64,000 nt of DNA from Candidatus Latescibacterota bacterium (GTDB lineage: Bacteria; Latescibacterota; UBA2968; GCA-2709665): positions 3,104,001 to 3,168,000 of the forward strand of contig OZ241917.1 in NCBI GenBank assembly GCA_965203805.1. The letters are read 5' to 3'. The notes under the pieces were generated by a model. That model saw only the letters and a list, made by a program, of their open reading frames with translations. It was not told where the DNA came from and did not search any database. Both the position numbers and the translations under genes were made by a program. Positions 19,342 through 30,610 of the stretch are shown here, in pieces (position 1 is the first letter of the stretch; each line of letters begins with the position of its first letter).

Positions 19342-22300
19342 TCAGGCGGGTACCCGGCCCGGCTGACCGTGACATTTCTTGTATTTCTTGCCGCTTCCGC
19401 ACGGACATGGACTGTTCCTGCCCACCTTCTGCACCCGCACGGGACGCTGTTTGGGCGGCCCCCCTTCCGACGCGCTGGTGGCGGTACCGGCCACCGGCGA
19501 CGCCTCGACGCCAACGTCAAACCCCATGCCGGTGGCGTCCTGGTGCACGAGCGAGACCTGCTGCGGCTGGCGGCTTCCAGTCCTTGTCATTTCCTCTTCG
19601 ACGGGGATTCGAAACAGCGTTTTCAGCGTTTCCCGGTTGATTTCGTCCAGGAGATCGACGAACATCTGAAACCCTTCGCGCTTGTATTCGATCAGCGGGT
19701 CCTTCTGCCCGTATCCGCGCAGGCCGATGCCCTCCTTGAGGTCGTCCATTTCCCTGAGGTGGTCCTTCCACTTCTCGTCGGTTACCCCAAGGTAGACCAT
19801 CCGCTCGATTTCCCGCATCCTTCCAGTGCCAATCAGGCTCTCGCGTCGCCGATACGCCGCCTTGATCCCATCGAACAACTGTTCCCGGAATCCATCTTCT
19901 TTAAGCTCGGGCAACGTCTCCAGAGGCACTTCCGGGACCTGAAGGAATATCTGGCGCAGGTCGCGATAGAGCCCGTCAATATCCCAGTCGTCCTGGGTGC
20001 CTTCATCCGGAAGATGGCTCCCGAAGGAGGCGTTCACCACCTCCTCCATTTCTTCTTCGATCTGTTCGTAGATATTGTGTTGCTCCAGCGCGTGGCGTCG
20101 CCGGTCGTATACGACCTCCCGCTGCTGGTTCATCACGTCGTCGTATTCGAGCAGATGTTTGCGCACTTCGAAGTTCCGCGCTTCCACGCGTTTCTGGGCC
20201 CGCTCAATGGATCGCGTGACCATCCGGTGTTCGATCACCTCGCCCTCTTCGGCGCCCAGCCGGTCCATGATCCGGGCGATCCGCTCGGATCCGAAGAGCC
20301 GCATCAGATCGTCTTCCAGTGAAATGAAAAACCGGGAATTTCCGGGGTCGCCCTGTCGACCCGCACGACCCCTGAGCTGCCGGTCTATTCGCCTCGCCTC
20401 GTGTCGCTCGGTTCCGATGATGTGCAATCCGCAGGGCACTTCCTCCCGGCAACGGTATTCTTCCAGGTGCGGGCACAGCGTGCCGTCGCCATCGGGGCCG
20501 GGTATCAGCGCGCATTGACGGTCTTGCGGCGCCTTGACCACGCCGTCGCCCAGCTTGATATCCGTTCCACGACCCGCCATGTTGGTCGCAATGGTCACCG
20601 CTCCCGGCTGTCCGGCCCTTGCGACAATCTGGGCTTCCTGCTGGTTGTGGCGGGCGTTGAGCACTGCGTGTCTGATGCCCTTGCGTTTCAACATGCGCGA
20701 CAGCAACTCAGATACTTCGACGCTGATCGTGCCGACCAATACGGGCAGGTTCTTGTGGTTCAACCGCTCGATCTCATCCACGATGGCGTTGTATTTCTCC
20801 CGTTTGGTCCTGAAGATCAGGTCCTCCGAATCGATCCGCCGCACGGGTTCGTTCGTGGGCATCACCACAACGTCGAGCTTGTAGATCTGAAACAGTTCCG
20901 CCGCCTCGGTCTCGGCGGTTCCGGTCATCCCCGCCAGCTTGTAGTACAGTCGGAAGTAGTTCTGCAAGGTGATCGTGGCGATCGTCTGGGTGTCCCGTTC
21001 CACCTTGACCCGCTCTTTCGCCTCCAGAGCCTGGTGCAGCCCGTCCGCGAATCGTCGGCCCGGCTGGGGGCGTCCGGTGAATTCGTCCACAATAACCACC
21101 TGGCCGCCGTCCACGATATACCTTACATCCTTTTCGTAGAGCGTATAGGCGACCAGAAGCTGCTGCACACTGTGAATCGCCTCGCTCTTTCGGGCGTAGG
21201 CCTGGTACGCGTCGTCCTGGGCTCTGGCCTTTTCCTCCGGCGGCTTCGAGTCGTCAGCTTCGATTCCGTGAAGGACTTCATCCAGGTCGGGCAGAACAAA
21301 GTCGTCCGGCCTTCTGCTGATCTCGACGCGCCCCTTATCGGTCAGGTCGATCACATGGCTCTTCTCGTCCACGCTGAAGTAGAGGTCCTCGTCAATCTCG
21401 CCCATTCGCTTGTCGCGAAGGTAGTCCGCCTCAACCCGGCCGATCAGACGTTTGATCCCCTCTTCCTGCAGCAGCTTCATGAACCGGCGGTTCTTCGGCA
21501 TCCCCCGCTGGACCTGCAGCAACCGGATCCCGGCCTCGTATTCCTCCTCGTCGAGGCGTTCCTCCGCTTCGTTCAACGTCCCGGTCACCACCCGCGTCTG
21601 CGCCCTGACCAGCCGCTCCACCAGCGGCCGCATCTCGTCGTACCGCTGGTTGTCGGCCTCCGCCACCGCGCCGGAGATGATCAGCGGCGTCCTCGCTTCG
21701 TCGATAAGGATGCTATCGGCCTCGTCGATGATCGCGAAATAGTGTTCGCGCTGCATCAGGTCTTCCGGGCGAACCGACATATTGTCGTAAAGGTAGTCGA
21801 ACCCGAACTGGTCCTTCGTGCCATAGATGATATCGGCCCGATAGGCCTCCTGGTGATCGCATTCCCGCAGCCGGTACCCGCCCTGTCCATCCTCCTCCAG
21901 CCGGTACGCCTCCGCCTCCATGGAGCGGTCCTGAATGATGCCGACGCTCATCCCGAGAAAGAGATAGACGGGCCCAAGCCACATGGCGTCTCGCTTAGCC
22001 AGATAGGAGTTCACCGTTACGAGATGCGCGCCCCGTCCCGTCAATCCGTTCAGATAGAGCGGCATTCCCGCCACCAGCGTCTTGCCCTCGCCAGTGGCCA
22101 TTTCGGCGATCTTTCCCTGGTGCAGCACGATGCCGCCGAGCAACTGCACGTCGTAAGGCACCATATCCCAGACGATGGTTTCCCCTGCGCGCTCCCACTG
22201 CTTTCCCTGCGCCTTGAAACGGCGGCAGGTCTCTTTATAGACCGCATATGCTTCAGGTAATACTTCCTCCAGAGCCTCCGCCTCGACTTCCCTGGCTTCC

Positions 22301-22572
22301 TCCTCCAGTTCCGAGACTTCGTCCAGCAGCGAGGAACGATCCACTTCGTCCTCGCTCTTCAACTCCTCCCGCAGCCGATTCAGCCGTTCCGTATATTCGG
22401 CTGTCTCCTCGGTCAACCATTCTTTTAACTCAGCCGTCTTTTCGCGGAGATCCGCATCCGAGAGCGCGGCCAGAGACTCGCAATGCCCGTTTATCACTTC
22501 GACCGTCGGCCAGAGCTTCTTCAGGTCCCGATCGTACTTGGTCCCGAACACTTTTTTGATCACACCCATCAT
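19342..22572 (-). CDS. secA: Preprotein translocase ATPase SecA
   Basis: MATGEGKT, IIDEADSILIDEARTPLIIS, ATNMAGRGTDI, QLRGRAGRQGDPG. C-terminal SEC-C CPCGSGKKYKKCH. Confidence 0.98.
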   Translation of the reverse strand: MMGVIKKVFGTKYDRDLKKLWPTVEVINGHCESLAALSDADLREKTAELKEWLTEETAEYTERLNRLREELKSEDEVDRSSLLDEVSELEEEAREVEAEALEEVLPEAYAVYKETCRRFKAQGKQWERAGETIVWDMVPYDVQLLGGIVLHQGKIAEMATGEGKTLVAGMPLYLNGLTGRGAHLVTVNSYLAKRDAMWLGPVYLFLGMSVGIIQDRSMEAEAYRLEEDGQGGYRLRECDHQEAYRADIIYGTKDQFGFDYLYDNMSVRPEDLMQREHYFAIIDEADSILIDEARTPLIISGAVAEADNQRYDEMRPLVERLVRAQTRVVTGTLNEAEERLDEEEYEAGIRLLQVQRGMPKNRRFMKLLQEEGIKRLIGRVEADYLRDKRMGEIDEDLYFSVDEKSHVIDLTDKGRVEISRRPDDFVLPDLDEVLHGIEADDSKPPEEKARAQDDAYQAYARKSEAIHSVQQLLVAYTLYEKDVRYIVDGGQVVIVDEFTGRPQPGRRFADGLHQALEAKERVKVERDTQTIATITLQNYFRLYYKLAGMTGTAETEAAELFQIYKLDVVVMPTNEPVRRIDSEDLIFRTKREKYNAIVDEIERLNHKNLPVLVGTISVEVSELLSRMLKRKGIRHAVLNARHNQQEAQIVARAGQPGAVTIATNMAGRGTDIKLGDGVVKAPQDRQCALIPGPDGDGTLCPHLEEYRCREEVPCGLHIIGTERHEARRIDRQLRGRAGRQGDPGNSRFFISLEDDLMRLFGSERIARIMDRLGAEEGEVIEHRMVTRSIERAQKRVEARNFEVRKHLLEYDDVMNQQREVVYDRRRHALEQHNIYEQIEEEMEEVVNASFGSHLPDEGTQDDWDIDGLYRDLRQIFLQVPEVPLETLPELKEDGFREQLFDGIKAAYRRRESLIGTGRMREIERMVYLGVTDEKWKDHLREMDDLKEGIGLRGYGQKDPLIEYKREGFQMFVDLLDEINRETLKTLFRIPVEEEMTRTGSRQPQQVSLVHQDATGMGFDVGVEASPVAGTATSASEGGPPKQRPVRVQKVGRNSPCPCGSGKKYKKCHGQPGRVPA

Positions 22573-22589
22573 AAGCGGTCATCCACCGT

Positions 22590-23024
22590 TTAGCGACAAT
22601 CCACGTTCTCTGCCAGGATTCCCTGCTGCCTGACCAGCGCATCGAGAATGCCGTTGATAAACGTCGGCGCCTTCTCAACACTGTAACGCTTTGCGAGTTC
22701 AATGGCCTCGTTCATCGAGACCCTGAACGGGATATTGTCGAATGCCAGCATTTCCGTAAGCGCCATCCACAGCAGGATGCGGTCGATTCTCGAAATACGT
22801 TCCAATGCCCAGTTCCTGGAAATGCCTTCGACCATGCGGTTCAGTTCTTCCCTTCGCGTCCAGGTCTCCCGGCCCAGCGCCTGCGCGAATTCCGCCGCGT
22901 CGTCCGACAGTTCCGCCCGAACCGCCATGGCGCGAAGCGTCCGGTGGACGGGGTCCCCCGAACTCTCGCTCCAATATAGCGCCTGCAGCGCAACTTCGCG
23001 GGCTTTTCGGCGCGAACCCGTCAT
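22590..23024 (-). CDS. nusB: Transcription antitermination factor NusB
   Basis: [33 protein letters not shown] overlaps the ribH stop. Confidence 0.92.
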   Translation of the reverse strand: MTGSRRKAREVALQALYWSESSGDPVHRTLRAMAVRAELSDDAAEFAQALGRETWTRREELNRMVEGISRNWALERISRIDRILLWMALTEMLAFDNIPFRVSMNEAIELAKRYSVEKAPTFINGILDALVRQQGILAENVDCR

Positions 23025-23500
23025 TCCCGGTTTTCGTCCCAGGACGCCAGCAGATTCGCCATCTCCAAAGCGCCTATGGCGGCCTCCCATCCCTTGTTAC
23101 CGGCCTTGGCTCCCGCTCTCTCGATTGCCTGTTCGACCGTGTCGGTGGTCAACACGCCGAAAAGACACGGCACACCGGATTCCAGCCCTGCCGACGCGAT
23201 CCCCCTGGAGACCTCGCCGGCCACATAGTCGAAGTGGGGCGTACTCCCGCGAATCACGGCGCCCAGACAGATCACCGCGTCGTAACGTCCGCTGATCGCC
23301 ATCTTTCTTGCGATCAGCGGAATCTCGAATGCACCCGGAACCCAGGCCACGTCCACGTTGACCGGATCGCATCCATGACGCGTCAGACAATCTCTGGCGC
23401 CTTCCAGCAACTGCTTGCTGACCAGCGCATTGAAGCGACTCACCACAATGCCGAAGCGCTTGCCGCCCGCATGCAATCCACCCTCATGCACTCTCGCCAT
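23021..23500 (-). CDS. ribH: 6,7-dimethyl-8-ribityllumazine synthase
   Basis: [34 protein letters not shown]. Confidence 0.96.
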   Translation of the reverse strand: MARVHEGGLHAGGKRFGIVVSRFNALVSKQLLEGARDCLTRHGCDPVNVDVAWVPGAFEIPLIARKMAISGRYDAVICLGAVIRGSTPHFDYVAGEVSRGIASAGLESGVPCLFGVLTTDTVEQAIERAGAKAGNKGWEAAIGALEMANLLASWDENRE

Positions 23501-24758
23501 ACGTTTCCTCCGTTGCGCCGTCGGCCAACTTCAGATCTTCTTCGCTGAACATGTGCCCCATTTTCTTCTTCTTGGTGCGCAAATACCGAATATTCCATGG
23601 CGTCGGATCGATCCTGACGGGTACCCGTTCCACAATCTCGATTCCATACGCCTCCAGTCCCACCCGCTTGGCCGGGTTGTTGGTGATCAACCGCGCCTGC
23701 CTGATGCCAAGGTCCAGCAGGATCTGGGCGCCGATGCCGTAATCGCGCTCGTCCATCTTGAATCCCAACTTCAGATTCGCCTCCACGGTATCGTAACCCT
23801 CTTCCTGCAGATGGTATGCCTTGATTTTTTGGCGGAGGCCGATGCCCCTGCCCTCCTGCCGCATGTAGACAACGGCGCCTCGACCCTCCCGTTCGATCAT
23901 TTCGATCGCCGAGTGGAGATTCGTGTTGCAGTCGCACCTGAGCGATCCGAAGGCGTCTCCCGTGAGGCACTCGGAGTGCATCCGCACCAGCACGGGATCT
24001 GCCGCCGTGAGGTCTCCCTTGGTCAGTGCCACGTGTTCCCGCCGGTCGACTTCACTTTCGTAGAGGTGAAGTTTGAACTGGCCGAATTGTGTGGGCAGGT
24101 GGACGGTCTCCAGGCATTCGACCAGTTTTTCCGATCGGCGGCGATACGCGATCAGATCGCGAATGGTGATAATCTTGAGGTGAAACTGCCGGGCCATTTC
24201 CATCAGTTGCGGCAGCCGGGCCATCGTCCCGTCCGGATTCAGTATCTCGCACAGTACGCCCGCGGGATAGAGGCCGGCCAGCCTTGCCAAGTCCACCGTT
24301 GCCTCCGTGTGGCCCGCCCGGCGCAAGACACCTCCGGGACGGGCAGACAAAGGGAAGACATGTCCGGGTCTGGCGAAATCGGGCGCCCGGGCGTCCGGGT
24401 CGACAAACCGCCGTATGGTGACGGCCCGGTCCTGCGCCGAAATCCCTGTGGTGGTGTCCTCAACCGCGTCGATACTCACCGTGAACGGCGTTCCGTGCAA
24501 CGCGGTGTTACTTCCGACCATCATTTCCAGTTCCAACTCCCGTAACCGCTCCGGTGTTGCAGGCAGGCAGACCAGACCGCGCCCGTGAAGGGCCATGAAA
24601 TTGATAATCTCGGGCGTGACCATCTCCGCCGCTGCGATCAGGTCCCCTTCGTTTTCCCGGTCCTCATCGTCCACGACGATCACCAGTTTACCCGCCCGAA
24701 TTTCGTCCAGCGCCTCTTCGATGGACGAAATTCGGAACCCGTTGTCGGTTTCAGACAT
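23484..24758 (-). CDS. ribBA: Bifunctional DHBP synthase / GTP cyclohydrolase II
   Basis: [47 protein letters not shown]. Confidence 0.96.
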   Translation of the reverse strand: MSETDNGFRISSIEEALDEIRAGKLVIVVDDEDRENEGDLIAAAEMVTPEIINFMALHGRGLVCLPATPERLRELELEMMVGSNTALHGTPFTVSIDAVEDTTTGISAQDRAVTIRRFVDPDARAPDFARPGHVFPLSARPGGVLRRAGHTEATVDLARLAGLYPAGVLCEILNPDGTMARLPQLMEMARQFHLKIITIRDLIAYRRRSEKLVECLETVHLPTQFGQFKLHLYESEVDRREHVALTKGDLTAADPVLVRMHSECLTGDAFGSLRCDCNTNLHSAIEMIEREGRGAVVYMRQEGRGIGLRQKIKAYHLQEEGYDTVEANLKLGFKMDERDYGIGAQILLDLGIRQARLITNNPAKRVGLEAYGIEIVERVPVRIDPTPWNIRYLRTKKKKMGHMFSEEDLKLADGATEETYGESA

Positions 24759-24792
24759 TTTATGTCACTCCCGGCGAAATGACGTTGAGATA

Positions 24793-25464
24793 TCAAACGC
24801 CACGATTGTCGTCAATCCCTTCGTTTTCAGCACCGTACCCAATGTCCGGTACCGCGGCCAATTCGCCGTTCTCCGGATGGCGGGCTGTTAGCCTCTCCAG
24901 ATACCGCGCAACCATATCGACCTCCAGATTCACCGCGTCGCCGACCCGGCGTTCGCCGATCGTTGTGGCTTCCATCGTATGCGGAATGACCGCTACCGTG
25001 AAGTCACGCGCGCCCGCGGACACAACCGTCAGGCTGATTCCGTCCACGGCTATCGAGCCCTTACCGGCCACATACCGGGCGAGTTCCGCCGGCATCCCGA
25101 TCCGGAACACGACGTTGTCCGCCCATCGCCGCCGCTCCTGCACCCGGCCCACGCCATCCACGTGTCCGGCCACCAGATGCCCGCCAAGGCGATCCGACAA
25201 CTTCAGCGACCGTTCCAGATTCACCCTGTCACCCGCTCTCAACCTCCCCAGGGTCGTGCGCTCCAGGGTCTCCTGGATGGACTCGAACGAGAACCCCCGG
25301 CGCCCCACGTCGACAACCGTATGGCAGGCGCCGTCGATCGAAATGCTATCGCCGATGGCGACGTCCGCCGGAACGCGACTCGCCTCCACGGCCGTGCGCT
25401 GATACCCGGTCCGTCTTTGAACGTTACAAACCAGCCCCACTTCCTCGACTATCCCCGTAAACAT
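24793..25464 (-). CDS. ribE: Riboflavin synthase (alpha chain)
   Basis: MFTGIVEE start, [31 protein letters not shown]. Confidence 0.95.
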   Translation of the reverse strand: MFTGIVEEVGLVCNVQRRTGYQRTAVEASRVPADVAIGDSISIDGACHTVVDVGRRGFSFESIQETLERTTLGRLRAGDRVNLERSLKLSDRLGGHLVAGHVDGVGRVQERRRWADNVVFRIGMPAELARYVAGKGSIAVDGISLTVVSAGARDFTVAVIPHTMEATTIGERRVGDAVNLEVDMVARYLERLTARHPENGELAAVPDIGYGAENEGIDDNRGV

Positions 25465-26582
25465 CGACCCGTTCCTTTTCCGGGGCCGCGGGACCCCGGT
25501 ACCGCAGCATCCTTCACCCGTGCCGTGTAGAACAGATCGGGCCCGGACCAATCCACGTTCACGTCGTGCAGAACAATCGCATCGGCCATTCTCTTTATCC
25601 CCAGATCGCCTACCGAATCGATCCCTTTACCGAGAATCGAGGGGGCGATAAAAACGGCCAGCCGGTCGATCAACCGGTCCCGCATCGCGGACGCCGCCAC
25701 GCAACCGCCGCCTTCGATCAACACGTGCGTGATTCCTTCGCTGCCCGCGCGGGAAAGCACGTCTCTAAGCCGTGGCCTTCCATCCAGGTGCGAACAGACC
25801 CAGACGCGAGCGCCGCATTCCTCCATCGCTTCGACTTTTTTTTTTGAAACCCCTTGCGCCGCGGCGAGAATCAGCGGCGCCCCTTCGAATACCTTTGCGT
25901 CCCTTGATGTCTCGAGACGGCCGTCCAACACGATTTTCACCGGATCAGGGCCGTCCAGGTGACGAACCGACAGCAGCGGATCGTCCACATGGACCGTTCG
26001 CCGCCCGACCATCACCGCCGTTGCCTCGGCACGCAGCCCATGAGCGCGGATTCGGGACTCATCGGAGGAAATCCACCTTGATTCGCCCGTAGCGGTCGCG
26101 ATCCGGCCATCGAGCGTCTGCGCCAACTTCAGGGTAACGAAAGGCAACCCCGTCGTCCGTTGCTTGACGAAGGCCTCGTTCAGTCGCCGCGCCTCACCCT
26201 CGAGCACGCCGACGTCCACACGTATGCCCGCCTCGCGTAAGCGGCGGATTCCCCTGCCCGACACCCGTTTATCCGGATCCACCATCCCGCAGACGACCCG
26301 CGCCACCCCTTTTTCGATCAACAGGTCGACGCACGGCGGCGTTCGGCCGGTATGGGCGCACGGCTCCAGTGTCACATACAGCGTGACGTCCGGTGTTCCG
26401 GCGGCCACGTCTGCGAGCGCATAGACCTCCGCGTGCGGTTTCCCGGATTCCGGATAGTGCCCCTTTCCGACAATGTGCCCGTTTCGGACCGCTACCGCCC
26501 CCACCAGCGCATCGTCCCGAACCCGACCGCGTCCTTTCTCGGCCAGCGACAACGCCAGCCGCATATAATCCGAATCCGTCAT
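25449..26582 (-). CDS. ribD: Bifunctional pyrimidine deaminase/reductase RibD
   Basis: HAEV...TLEPC...TPPC deaminase motif. KLAQTLDGRIA, DDPLL and IEGG reductase motifs. Confidence 0.95.
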   Translation of the reverse strand: MTDSDYMRLALSLAEKGRGRVRDDALVGAVAVRNGHIVGKGHYPESGKPHAEVYALADVAAGTPDVTLYVTLEPCAHTGRTPPCVDLLIEKGVARVVCGMVDPDKRVSGRGIRRLREAGIRVDVGVLEGEARRLNEAFVKQRTTGLPFVTLKLAQTLDGRIATATGESRWISSDESRIRAHGLRAEATAVMVGRRTVHVDDPLLSVRHLDGPDPVKIVLDGRLETSRDAKVFEGAPLILAAAQGVSKKKVEAMEECGARVWVCSHLDGRPRLRDVLSRAGSEGITHVLIEGGGCVAASAMRDRLIDRLAVFIAPSILGKGIDSVGDLGIKRMADAIVLHDVNVDWSGPDLFYTARVKDAAVPGSRGPGKGTGRCLRG

Positions 26583-26617
26583 AGCCACCCCGTGTGCCGG
26601 GGCCGGGTATCCTCCCC

Positions 26618-28693
26618 CTACTTCAGGTCCACCATCGCCTTGCCGACCCCCACGTTGCCCAGCGCATCGGTCGCGCGGACCACCACCGTATATTCTCCCG
26701 CGGTTAGCTCCCGAAGTTCGAATCGCAAGGTCTCCGTCCTGGAATCGAAGATCCGATCAGCCGGAAAAATCACCTTCCAGTCTCCCGAATTCACCGCGTA
26801 GTCCGCCTTCCAAAGCGGGCTCGCAGCGTCATCAAGCGATCCCTCGACGATTACGGTCCCCCCCGCAATGGGCTGTATCTGAAGCCGGACCGTGGGCGGC
26901 GTGTGGTCAAGATCGAACGGCTCACTGATCCTTTCACCAGCCAATGCCAGTTCTTCCGGATTCGCCAGCCGGTCCGACGCCACCACCCGGACCAGCATCG
27001 TGCCCTCGGGGGCAGACTCGGTATGCCAGTCGTAGGCATTTGCAAGCAGGTTCTCCTTCAGGAGTTTCCAGGTTTTCTCGGTCCGACCCCTGTAATATAA
27101 CGCGTACACCAGCCGGTCGTCATTTGCGTCTTCCGCCTTCCAGGAGATTCGCCAGACGCCTCTGGCATTACCCTGCGCCTGCCTGCCGTTCCCGGCGTCC
27201 TTCGGCGAGGCGCCGTTACCCTGGGCGTCAAGTGGAGAAACGCCGAGTGCAGTCACCCGCGGGCCCATGTTTTCCTGCAGGCCCACCAGACTCACCTCTC
27301 GAATCATCGGCGTCGTCGCGCCCGTTGCCGAACTCAGTTCGGCACGATACTGCAGGAATCGGGCGGGAGGGCTGGATATCTGACCGCCCCGGTCGACTGT
27401 AGACCAACCGCTCCATGTATCGTCCGGTTTCCTGCTGTTTCCCGAACGGGTCCGGAATTGAATCGACGCGCCCCGGGCGGTCTCAGAATTCCACCTGATC
27501 CGGCCCCATTTCGAAACCAGGTAGAAATCTTTCGCCCTGGATTCCAGGCTGCCTTCGCGCGCGTATGACTTACCCAACCGGTACACTTTCCCGGCGCCCG
27601 CGGTTCCCACCCAGAACTCGCCGGTCGCGGACCTGCAGAATGCCCATGGTTGTACGTCTTTAAGTCGGGTCAACAGCGTGGCACGACCCGTAAGGTCCAC
27701 ACGATAAATGCTCCCACTGTCGCCCGTGAGCGCGGTAATCTCTCCAACGTCTGCATGTAATGCCAGGAGCATCGGCTCTTCCACGTCCCAGAGACGAACC
27801 GCCGCCCCCGATGGCCGTATGGCGTACAGCACGGAACCCTGTTGCGAGGCAGAGGATCCCTGACCCTTGGCGGCCTGCTGCGACCCACCCTTGCCGCCCC
27901 CCTTGGAACGCCTGGACATCGCGCCCGCATACAGGATCCCGTCCGGTCCCATCGCCAGCGCATGGATTTCATTTTCCGCCGCATCGTACAACACTTCCAC
28001 TCGGCCCTGCGCGTTGACACGGTAGACCAGCCCGCTCTGATCCGTACCTGCATACACCTGGCCGTCGGCGTCCCGAACCATCGAAACGACATTGTGGTCT
28101 TCGCTCTGATAGATCTCGTCGACCATTCCGGCCGAAGAGATACGCAGGATGCGTCCGTGCCGCCCGCCGGTAGCCGCGTACAGGCCTCCCTGTCCATCCG
28201 GCGCCAGCGCCCAGACGTGCTCACTTCCGGTCCGACAAAACGTCTCCGGCTCTTTGCCCGGGACAACCCGATACACAATACCGTCCGGGGACGAGCCGGC
28301 AAAGAGCGTCCCGTCCGTTCCCAGGGCGAGACAGAAAATGGCCACTTCGGGAGAGTCGAACAGGAGCGTCGGCGCCTCCGAGCCGTTATAGGCGAAGATC
28401 TTTCCGCTATTCCCCGTGGCGATATACAACCGATGGTCTCTCCCTTCGGCGAGCGCCCAGACGAAATCTTCGCCCGTATCCGCTGCGATCTCCACCTCGG
28501 GAGCAAGTAACACCGTGCCGTCTCTCGTTATTGAGACGCCGTCGGCTTCGCCCCGGAGAAAGGCCTTATGCGACTGCTCGCGCCAGACGATCGGCTCAAC
28601 GCCGTCCGCTGAACCCGGCAGGCAGTACAATACAGACCAGAGGCACGCCAACAAAACACGAACCTTCGGATGTCCGTTTCCCCTGTCCAACAA
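26618..28693 (-). CDS. Exported beta-propeller repeat protein with C-terminal Ig/FN3-like domains
   Basis: Signal peptide. Repeated blades (WALA...LYIATG, LALGTDGTLFAG, WALAPDGQGGLYAATG, ALAMGPDGILYAG). C-terminal VRATDALGNVG. RBS AGGAGG. Confidence 0.7.
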   Translation of the reverse strand: MLDRGNGHPKVRVLLACLWSVLYCLPGSADGVEPIVWREQSHKAFLRGEADGVSITRDGTVLLAPEVEIAADTGEDFVWALAEGRDHRLYIATGNSGKIFAYNGSEAPTLLFDSPEVAIFCLALGTDGTLFAGSSPDGIVYRVVPGKEPETFCRTGSEHVWALAPDGQGGLYAATGGRHGRILRISSAGMVDEIYQSEDHNVVSMVRDADGQVYAGTDQSGLVYRVNAQGRVEVLYDAAENEIHALAMGPDGILYAGAMSRRSKGGGKGGSQQAAKGQGSSASQQGSVLYAIRPSGAAVRLWDVEEPMLLALHADVGEITALTGDSGSIYRVDLTGRATLLTRLKDVQPWAFCRSATGEFWVGTAGAGKVYRLGKSYAREGSLESRAKDFYLVSKWGRIRWNSETARGASIQFRTRSGNSRKPDDTWSGWSTVDRGGQISSPPARFLQYRAELSSATGATTPMIREVSLVGLQENMGPRVTALGVSPLDAQGNGASPKDAGNGRQAQGNARGVWRISWKAEDANDDRLVYALYYRGRTEKTWKLLKENLLANAYDWHTESAPEGTMLVRVVASDRLANPEELALAGERISEPFDLDHTPPTVRLQIQPIAGGTVIVEGSLDDAASPLWKADYAVNSGDWKVIFPADRIFDSRTETLRFELRELTAGEYTVVVRATDALGNVGVGKAMVDLK

Positions 28694-28761
28694 CCTTTCC
28701 TCCTGCTGTTTGCAATCTCTCTCCGCTGCCTGTCGCCCGCACCGGGCGCGCCTGCGCCGGA

Positions 28762-30573
28762 CTACTTCCCTTTGCCGCCGGCGCCGCCACCCTCGGCAAA
28801 AATAACGCCGTTTCGTTTTCTGTTCACGTCCAGGACAACGATCTGACTTCCCGACAGCACGTAGTCCGTGGGAATCCGCGTCCTTTGTACAACGGTCTGT
28901 CGAACCGGTTTTACGGCATCCGAGGAGCGGGAAAACTGAAGCACCGAAAGTACCGAGAACGGCAGCCTTGACAATTCGCGTCCCTCAATCGTCACACCCT
29001 GGGCGCCGGACAACAACTCAACGACCAATTCATCGTTCCGGCTGACCTGCCCCAGCAGGCGGATGAGATGATCCAGGTTTCCGGCGTTATGTTCACCCGG
29101 CGCCCGCTTGGCCTCCTGTTTGCCGTGGGCCGATGCGCTGGAAACCCGAAGAATCAGCCGGCCTCCCGGCGTCTGACCGGGAATGACCAGCGCCTCCCGA
29201 ATCTGCTCCAGGCCGCCCCAATAGGGCCTCAGGGAAACCGTGACGCACACCGTATCGCCGGGCTGGTACGACGTCTTCTGCAAACCGACCGAATTGATGT
29301 GGGCGGTATGCGCCCGCTCGGCTTCAACATCCAGGTCGAAGGTGACCCTCTCGATCCGAACGGGCTCAAATGGATTCCGGATCAGTTGCGTCAGCGGCGT
29401 GGTGACGCCCGTCACGGCCTGCCCGAGGCCCAGCGGGCCGGCATAGACGTTTTCGGCCTCTACAGACGGACGTCCGTTCAGTTCAATTCTTACGCGGGAT
29501 GTTACCGTCACCTCTCCGGTCAGCTTCTCGGACGAAACCATCGCGCTGAATACGCCAATCCTCAAGAGCGCGGGGGTGAGGTCGCGGTTTCGCAGGACCT
29601 CCATGCGGAACCGCGCCTCCTTTCCAGGGGAACGCAGATTGATCTGCGCAGGCATCATGTCCACGTCGAGACCGACGGTTCCCGCGATGCCCGGAGCGCG
29701 GTCCTGAACGATGGCGCCCATGGTTTCACCGGCCACGCCCAGCTTGAATGACGCGTATTGACTGGGCAGCACTTCGTGGATATAGGCGGCCGTCATCGGC
29801 AACGCCGTGGCGCCGCCGAAAATCATGGAATGCCCGAAACCGACCACCCGGTCGCCGTCGCGATGGGTCAGCGTTCCGATTCCGGTAACGCTGAGATCGC
29901 CACGTACGAGCTGTACGCCAAGGGCGGCGCCGGGTTCGAACGCGCCCGAAGGCACGCCTGGGTCCGCGCTACCGCCACCTTGAACCGGCGTCCATCCCAA
30001 CTCAGAGAATTCCCTTCGGAATTCAGCCACCGCCCGTTGCGCGAAACCGGAGATAGCGATCGGCAGGCTTATCGGCGTCAGTTCGGCCGCATCCATCCCC
30101 GTCAGATCGAGCAGCCGGCGCGCGCCGGCTTCCGGCAATCGGGCCGCCGTACGGACGCCGTCCGGCGCGGTCGGCCGGTTGAACAGTTCAACCATGGCCG
30201 CAATCGGCGTGATCCCTGCGATGGGTTCCTTGGCAAAAGCGCCGACCCGGTAGGATACCGCGCCGATCAGCTTGCCATCGATGTAGACCGGGCTGCCGCT
30301 CATCCCCAGGATCACCCCCGTATTGGACAGGGGGCCGCCGGACAACCGGGCGAGAATCAGGTCGCTGCGAGGACCGATCGCGTTGTGCAGGACACCCAGG
30401 ATTTCGACCTGAAACGTATCGATCCGCGTGCCCTGGAAGACCGTCCGTCCGATACCCCGCATCCCTCTGCGGAGTTCCTTTACGGGAAGGGTCGCCACAG
30501 TCCCCCAGGAATTGGCGAAGATTGCGCACCACAGTACGGCCGGAAGCGTTATTTTCAGAAGGCGCGCCACCAC
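28762..30573 (-). CDS. SpoIVB peptidase S55 domain protein
   Basis: GRTVFQG...FQVEILGV, GVILGMSGSPVYIDGKLIGAVSY, GFGH. Confidence 0.85.
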   Translation of the reverse strand: MVARLLKITLPAVLWCAIFANSWGTVATLPVKELRRGMRGIGRTVFQGTRIDTFQVEILGVLHNAIGPRSDLILARLSGGPLSNTGVILGMSGSPVYIDGKLIGAVSYRVGAFAKEPIAGITPIAAMVELFNRPTAPDGVRTAARLPEAGARRLLDLTGMDAAELTPISLPIAISGFAQRAVAEFRREFSELGWTPVQGGGSADPGVPSGAFEPGAALGVQLVRGDLSVTGIGTLTHRDGDRVVGFGHSMIFGGATALPMTAAYIHEVLPSQYASFKLGVAGETMGAIVQDRAPGIAGTVGLDVDMMPAQINLRSPGKEARFRMEVLRNRDLTPALLRIGVFSAMVSSEKLTGEVTVTSRVRIELNGRPSVEAENVYAGPLGLGQAVTGVTTPLTQLIRNPFEPVRIERVTFDLDVEAERAHTAHINSVGLQKTSYQPGDTVCVTVSLRPYWGGLEQIREALVIPGQTPGGRLILRVSSASAHGKQEAKRAPGEHNAGNLDHLIRLLGQVSRNDELVVELLSGAQGVTIEGRELSRLPFSVLSVLQFSRSSDAVKPVRQTVVQRTRIPTDYVLSGSQIVVLDVNRKRNGVIFAEGGGAGGKGK

Positions 30574-30610
30574 TGAGACCCTTTCTGATTAGACGGTACG
30601 GAAGCCAGGA

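Noticed and set aside
20401-22260. 619-aa plus-strand ORF
   Set aside because: Antisense shadow of secA, with no motifs. Typical of high-GC codon bias.
26583-26617. FMN riboswitch before ribD
   Set aside because: The intergenic gap is ~35 bp and no RFN motif is seen here or at the operon start.
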